64,000 nt of DNA from a virus, in the IMG/VR virus record IMGVR_UViG_3300048837_000984, positions 1-64,000 of that record; one strand, given 5' to 3'. The notes under the pieces are model-generated. The model ran no database searches. It was not told the origin of the DNA and saw only the letters and a program-made list of their open reading frames with translations. Both the position numbers and the translations under genes were made by a program. Positions 60,478 to 64,000 of this stretch are shown here, in pieces; within the stretch, counting starts at the first letter, position 1, and every line of letters begins with the position of its first letter.

Positions 60478-60686
60478 TATCTTTCTCCCGGACTAAGACC
60501 AGCTCGCCCGGTAGGACCGAAAGCCTGACTAAAGGCGTTCGCGTCTTCGCCCGCTCCGAGCCACCCGTAGGGGTAAAAGTTGCCGACCATCGCTCTGATA
60601 AGGAAATAAGGAAGACCATTCCGAATTGTCGCGAAAGAGAACCAGTTGTAGCCGGGACAGTGGTGCAATATCGCACTCCAGCTCAT
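60477..60686 (-). CDS. A-x-L mini-protein (69 aa)
   Basis: GGGAG SD, ATGA overlap; MSWSAIL..ATI..AGLSPG. Confidence 0.65.
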   Translation of the reverse strand: MSWSAILHHCPGYNWFSFATIRNGLPYFLIRAMVGNFYPYGWLGAGEDANAFSQAFGPTGRAGLSPGER

Positions 60687-60943
60687 GCGTATCTCCCTGG
60701 TGAAAGTAAAGCCCGGCGACTTTGCATGTAGGCACCGGCCATAGGTATTGCAAGTTTACCGCGCATGCGGAGCCGACTACCTGAAATGGAAAACCGTACG
60801 TACGGGTGCTGAAGAATAACGGCTTCCTGTGGAAACCACGAAGTGGACTTAGTGACGTAGACCTTGGCCGTCGCTAGATCTAGACGAATTCGCCCAGGTT
60901 CCCTCGGACAATGCCATAAGGCCGCTGTGCTCCTTGGCCTCAT
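60683..60943 (-). CDS. A-x-L mini-protein (86 aa)
   Basis: GGAGGA SD, ATGA overlap; MRPRSTAAL..AVI..ALLSPG. Confidence 0.65.
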   Translation of the reverse strand: MRPRSTAALWHCPREPGRIRLDLATAKVYVTKSTSWFPQEAVILQHPYVRFSISGSRLRMRGKLAIPMAGAYMQSRRALLSPGRYA

Positions 60944-61191
60944 CTTTTCCTCCCGGGTCGGAGAAGAGCTCGTGAAGTGCGAAACATGGCCGCGCCCGAT
61001 GACGAATCTCCCGACCACAGCCAGGGTAGCTGGCCGACTCGGATACCTGTCGGTTCGTAACACAAGTAAGCCTGGAAACATTCGACATCAAAGAAGAGAT
61101 CGATTGGTCCGGTCATTACAGCTGCATAACCGCAACCAAAATACCAGTTATCGGCATCTCTCGACATTCGCAACGTAGCTGAGGAATACAA
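60940..61191 (-). CDS. A-x-L mini-protein (83 aa)
   Basis: GGAGGT-N5-TTG; MYSSATL..AYL..AAM..ALLRPG. Confidence 0.65.
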   Translation of the reverse strand: MYSSATLRMSRDADNWYFGCGYAAVMTGPIDLFFDVECFQAYLCYEPTGIRVGQLPWLWSGDSSSGAAMFRTSRALLRPGRKR

Positions 61192-61192
61192 C

Positions 61193-61411
61193 TTACACCT
61201 CCCACCGTTGCTGACTCAGTGCGGCTTGACATTTCCCGAGGCGGAAAGCACCCGCCCACGCCGTTGGACCTTGGCCTAGAAGACTTCGGCAGAACCGGTG
61301 AAGAACGGCACCTGGTTGCCAACGGAACCGGGTGCTAGGAATCATTGCCGCGAATCTGACGTGATAGACGTATAGGCTGTAACAGTAGCGGATAGCTGCT
61401 CGACATCTCAT
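61193..61411 (-). CDS. A-x-L mini-protein (72 aa)
   Basis: MRCRAAI..AAM..AVL..AAL; weak SD (AGGA). Confidence 0.6.
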   Translation of the reverse strand: MRCRAAIRYCYSLYVYHVRFAAMIPSTRFRWQPGAVLHRFCRSLLGQGPTAWAGAFRLGKCQAALSQQRWEV

Positions 61412-61416
61412 TTCGT

Positions 61417-61635
61417 TCAGTCCTGACCAAGATAGGCGCTGATGTTCCAACCGAGCCAGGCACGGTTGGGTACGCGGCTGAAATACTCAGCGCCACCAAA
61501 CAAGATTGCATCAGACAGGCCTTGAAGCGACGGACGAGCTCGCGGTGGATGTCTACCCTGGCGCAGACTCGCACGAAACCGCGAGCAATAGTAAGAGCGA
61601 CCTGAATGAACTCTCAAGAAAGCACGGTCATTCAC
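61417..61635 (-). CDS. A-x-L mini-protein (72 aa)
   Basis: GGAGGT SD, GTGA overlap; MNDRAFL..ASL..AIL..AWL..AYL. Confidence 0.65.
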   Translation of the reverse strand: MNDRAFLRVHSGRSYYCSRFRASLRQGRHPPRARPSLQGLSDAILFGGAEYFSRVPNRAWLGWNISAYLGQD

Positions 61636-61874
61636 GCAAACCACCTCCAAGGACCCAGGGTCGCATCGCTTCGCCCACAAAGACTTGCCACCAAAAAGAT
61701 CGAAACGACTCGGCCAGGATCTTTTGCGTGTAGCAAGCGAGCACCGCCAAATGACCCAGCCGTACAGGCTCTGGCGAATAGCGCCAAGCGACCGGACCCG
61801 GCGATGGTCGCATTGTAGGTACAAAGGTGCCATGCCGTGCGGTTCCGACAACAGAGAATAGCTCTACACGGCAT
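61632..61874 (-). CDS. A-x-L mini-protein (80 aa)
   Basis: GGGAG SD; MPCRAIL..ATI..ARL..ASL..ATL. Confidence 0.65.
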   Translation of the reverse strand: MPCRAILCCRNRTAWHLCTYNATIAGSGRLALFARACTAGSFGGARLLHAKDPGRVVSIFLVASLCGRSDATLGPWRWFA

Positions 61875-61875
61875 A

Positions 61876-62100
61876 TCACGGTCTCCCAGCTGAAAGCCAA
61901 GCACCACTAACCAGGCTCAGGTAGGCTTGAGGTTCATCCCAGTCGACATGCGGAAGCCCGGCCCGGCTGTTCTCTGCCCAACCCAACCAGGCCCGGCAGC
62001 ACCAGAGTTGGCCAGTCGTAAACCCCAGTACAGCCGTATACCGAGTGTGACCGTTCCGTGAGGTAGTTGTAGGGTAGTGGATCTTTGCGTCGCACGACAA
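61876..62100 (-). CDS. A-x-L mini-protein (74 aa)
   Basis: GGAGGAG SD with TTG; MSCDAKI..AVL..AWL..AGL..AYL..AWL. Confidence 0.65.
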   Translation of the reverse strand: MSCDAKIHYPTTTSRNGHTRYTAVLGFTTGQLWCCRAWLGWAENSRAGLPHVDWDEPQAYLSLVSGAWLSAGRP

Positions 62101-62101
62101 G

Positions 62102-62347
62102 CTAGTACTCCTCCTCGTGTTGGAACAGACCGGGCTTAAGGACCGCTCGGTCAAGTGTAGAAAGTGGCGCAGAGTCGTAACCATGCCCGCCGTGGGTGGC
62201 ACTGGCGGTGAGATGCCCGTTGAGTCGGGCTGGTATCCCCCATTGCCATCTCCAGGTAGGACCAGACGCAGGTTCAGTCAGGCAGGCCCACGAGAACGGA
62301 TAGTACGTCCCGAAGAGGGAACCAGATAGACTCGCTTTACAGTACAT
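62102..62347 (-). CDS. A-x-L mini-protein (81 aa)
   Basis: MYCKASL..ACL..ARL..APL..AVL; 11-nt overlap with the upstream member. Confidence 0.6.
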   Translation of the reverse strand: MYCKASLSGSLFGTYYPFSWACLTEPASGPTWRWQWGIPARLNGHLTASATHGGHGYDSAPLSTLDRAVLKPGLFQHEEEY

Positions 62348-62588
62348 CTGAGTCTTCGTCTCCTGGCGGGAACTGGTGAAGACAGGCACCGAGCCTGGCG
62401 TCTAGAGAAGCGCCCGTATTCTGAAAGTCCGTAGGAAAGAGGATAGCCCCTCTGTCAGCAAAGTACCTGGCCGCAAGTGATGCCGAGGTGCCGCAGAACC
62501 CGCAACCGCACGTGTTCATCGCCGCTCGGTCACGGGTCTGTGGGTAGTCATCAAGACTGCGAAATGTTATACCAGCTGTGCTGTTCAT
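62337..62588 (-). CDS. A-x-L mini-protein (83 aa)
   Basis: GAGG SD, ATGA overlap; MNSTAGI..ASL..AIL..ASL..ACL. Confidence 0.65.
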   Translation of the reverse strand: MNSTAGITFRSLDDYPQTRDRAAMNTCGCGFCGTSASLAARYFADRGAILFPTDFQNTGASLDARLGACLHQFPPGDEDSDVL

Positions 62589-62800
62589 TGGTGCCTCAGA
62601 ATAGCGCCATACCTGCCTGAAAGGTACGGCCGATCAGTGATTGCGAGCGAAGCAGAACAGGAAAGCCCGCGGACTCGACCGAAGGTTAACCACGCTTGAC
62701 AACCCCAGTACAAGCCTCGTACAAGACCAAGCACTGCGGTGAACCGAGTACGGTAGTAACAGCGTGCTCGTTGGTAGTTAAGCGAAGCTCGGTTGTTCAT
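62585..62800 (-). CDS. A-x-L mini-protein (71 aa)
   Basis: GAGGT SD; MNNRASL..AVL..AWL..ASL..AILRHQ. Confidence 0.65.
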   Translation of the reverse strand: MNNRASLNYQRARCYYRTRFTAVLGLVRGLYWGCQAWLTFGRVRGLSCSASLAITDRPYLSGRYGAILRHQ

Positions 62801-62810
62801 CTTCAATACC

Positions 62811-63014
62811 TCATTGATGTCGAAGGATAGCCCAACAATTGTACAATGCAACCGCACCGGAATAGCGGGCTAGAATCGCATTCGCTTTATCGCGTAGAAC
62901 CGCCTGGTGATGGTAACTCGCCGGACGGCTGCCCACCATCAAATAGGCGCTTACAGCTGAGACGTATATACTTGTTTGCGGAAAAAAGACAAAAAGGTTT
63001 GCTCGGCTTCCCAT
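62811..63014 (-). CDS. A-x-L mini-protein (67 aa)
   Basis: MGSRANL..AYL..AVL..AIL..AILRHQ; weak SD. Confidence 0.6.
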   Translation of the reverse strand: MGSRANLFVFFPQTSIYVSAVSAYLMVGSRPASYHHQAVLRDKANAILARYSGAVALYNCWAILRHQ

Positions 63015-63017
63015 TGG

Positions 63018-63233
63018 TCACCAGTGGTAGAGGATAGCTCCGACATCGCAAGAACCCAGACGCGCATTTTTGTTGTATCGGTACTGATATCCAAGAAGGT
63101 ACCCGCCACACCTGTCACTAAGAAACGGAGTGACGCCGTATCTGTCTCCAGCCGAGTACGTCAGACAAGCCCAGGAAAACGCATAGAATGGGTTGTAGAA
63201 TCGATAACAAGTCAGACCTGCTCGGCAACTCAT
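63018..63233 (-). CDS. A-x-L mini-protein (71 aa)
   Basis: GGAG SD, ATGA overlap; MSCRAGL..ACL..ARL..AIL. Confidence 0.65.
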   Translation of the reverse strand: MSCRAGLTCYRFYNPFYAFSWACLTYSAGDRYGVTPFLSDRCGGYLLGYQYRYNKNARLGSCDVGAILYHW

Positions 63234-63460
63234 TCGCCATCTCCGTGCCTGAGAAAAGTTCGGTGTAACCGAAACAGAGCCGCGCCACCGCAGCAAGAAC
63301 CAGCATAGGCACCGGAACGCTTGTGCGTAGTATTCGGTCTAAGACCGGCTCGGGTCCCACAACAACCGCAGTTACAACTCGCACTGAGAGCCGCTCGTCT
63401 TCGAAACCGTTCGGCGCCGTTGCGGGCCGTGACAACCAGCGTCGCGGAACAGCTAATCAT
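63230..63460 (-). CDS. A-x-L mini-protein (76 aa)
   Basis: AGGAG SD; MISCSATL..AAL..AGL..AAL. Confidence 0.65.
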   Translation of the reverse strand: MISCSATLVVTARNGAERFRRRAALSASCNCGCCGTRAGLRPNTTHKRSGAYAGSCCGGAALFRLHRTFLRHGDGE

Positions 63461-63471
63461 CGTTTCTCCTG

Positions 63472-63693
63472 TCAGACGTTCGAGAAAGGCCCACCAGGTA
63501 TTTGCCACCGGAACGGACCGGTCTTGAGTGTACATCGACAATGCTGGTCAAGGACTGCGTTGGCATATCTGCGGTAGTGTGCGAACGCTCGCCTGTCAAG
63601 GATACACAGCGCTGACCCATCGAGATAGGCCTTGGCGGGAAACCCGAAGAAAACTGGGTTACGTGGACTGGTTATGATAGCCGCTGTAAACAA
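63472..63693 (-). CDS. A-x-L mini-protein (73 aa)
   Basis: AGGAG-N7-TTG; MFTAAI..AYL..AVL. Confidence 0.6.
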   Translation of the reverse strand: MFTAAIITSPRNPVFFGFPAKAYLDGSALCILDRRAFAHYRRYANAVLDQHCRCTLKTGPFRWQIPGGPFSNV

Positions 63694-63703
63694 GAAGCGT
63701 CTC

Positions 63704-63907
63704 CTAGTGTTCAAGGTCTGCAACCGACCGGTTGCGAATTAACGCAGCGGAACTTTGTGAATAGTAATTGCCTGGATACAGAGCACACCGGTTGCTCCAC
63801 CCAAGGACCGCAGAAGCCAACTTCCGGTCAAGAAAAGCTCGAGCACTCACCCGTAAACGAAAGATACGCCAAGTGATTAAAACGTTTCCATGGATAGCGC
63901 GAAACAC
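63704..63907 (-). CDS. A-x-L mini-protein (67 aa)
   Basis: AAGGAG-N6-GTG; MFRAI..AFL..AVL..AAL..ADL. Confidence 0.6.
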   Translation of the reverse strand: MFRAIHGNVLITWRIFRLRVSARAFLDRKLASAVLGWSNRCALYPGNYYSQSSAALIRNRSVADLEH

Positions 63908-63929
63908 AGGTATCTCCTTTATCACGATC

Positions 63930-63998
63930 TCAAAACCACGGGAAAAGCTCAGCGCCTTCGAGTAGGACGTCTAGCGACCATATCTCTGCGTGACACAG
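63930..63998 (-). CDS. A-x-L mini-protein, C-terminal fragment (runs off the window)
   Basis: ..LCHAEIWSLDVLLEGAELFPWF*. Confidence 0.45.
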   Translation of the reverse strand: MCHAEIWSLDVLLEGAELFPWF

Positions 63999-64000
63999 CC

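Noticed and set aside
59534-64000. Stop-codon reassignment or pseudogene decay explaining the lack of long ORFs
   Set aside because: TAA, TAG and TGA all end genes elsewhere, and multi-kb ORFs are intact in the standard code. The short ORFs have their own SD motifs and start/stop overlaps, and successive members lie in different frames.
59534-64000. Diversity-generating retroelement or CRISPR array
   Set aside because: No near-identical TR/VR pair with adenine-specific differences, no reverse transcriptase in the window, and no constant DNA repeat with spacers. Conservation is at the amino-acid motif level.
59534-64000. Classical RiPP precursor cluster
   Set aside because: No shared leader peptide and no recognisable modifying enzyme or transporter in the window. 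Kept only as a secondary hypothesis.
1-64000. tRNA, rRNA, integrase, terminase or portal genes
   Set aside because: No cloverleaf, rRNA-like, recombinase, Walker-motif terminase or convincing portal signature was recognised by eye. tRNAscan and HMM searches would be needed to exclude them.

Overview
This window is part of the genome of a large contractile-tailed (myovirus-like) dsDNA phage. Nearly all genes are on the minus strand and use the standard genetic code. Contents in order: (i) 0.1-19.4 kb, tail, neck and appendage genes (sheath, tube, spike/hub, a chaperone pair with a -1 slippery site, repeat-rich and LamG/DUF2341-like proteins); (ii) 20.6-35.4 kb, head genes (major capsid, decoration, scaffold-like, prohead protease with 2 inteins); (iii) 35.4-48.0 kb, a two-gene multisubunit RNA polymerase (beta fused to the N-half of beta', plus a separate beta' C-half) with 6 more inteins, one starting with Gln directly after the catalytic DFDGD; (iv) 48-57.6 kb, glycine-zipper and modular proteins (2H-phosphoesterase, SET, Zn-finger, GNAT-like modules) whose module borders carry a K-x-A motif that also pervades the head proteins; (v) 58.6-64 kb, a translationally coupled array of at least 20 divergent 67-86 aa paralogues, each built from short A-x-L motifs separated by highly variable loops. 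The array is the most unusual element. A spacing-conserved tripartite promoter motif (5 copies) and terminators followed by a conserved AGCTATC (5 copies plus 1 variant) were also read from the sequence. All annotations come from manual motif recognition; no database searches were run.
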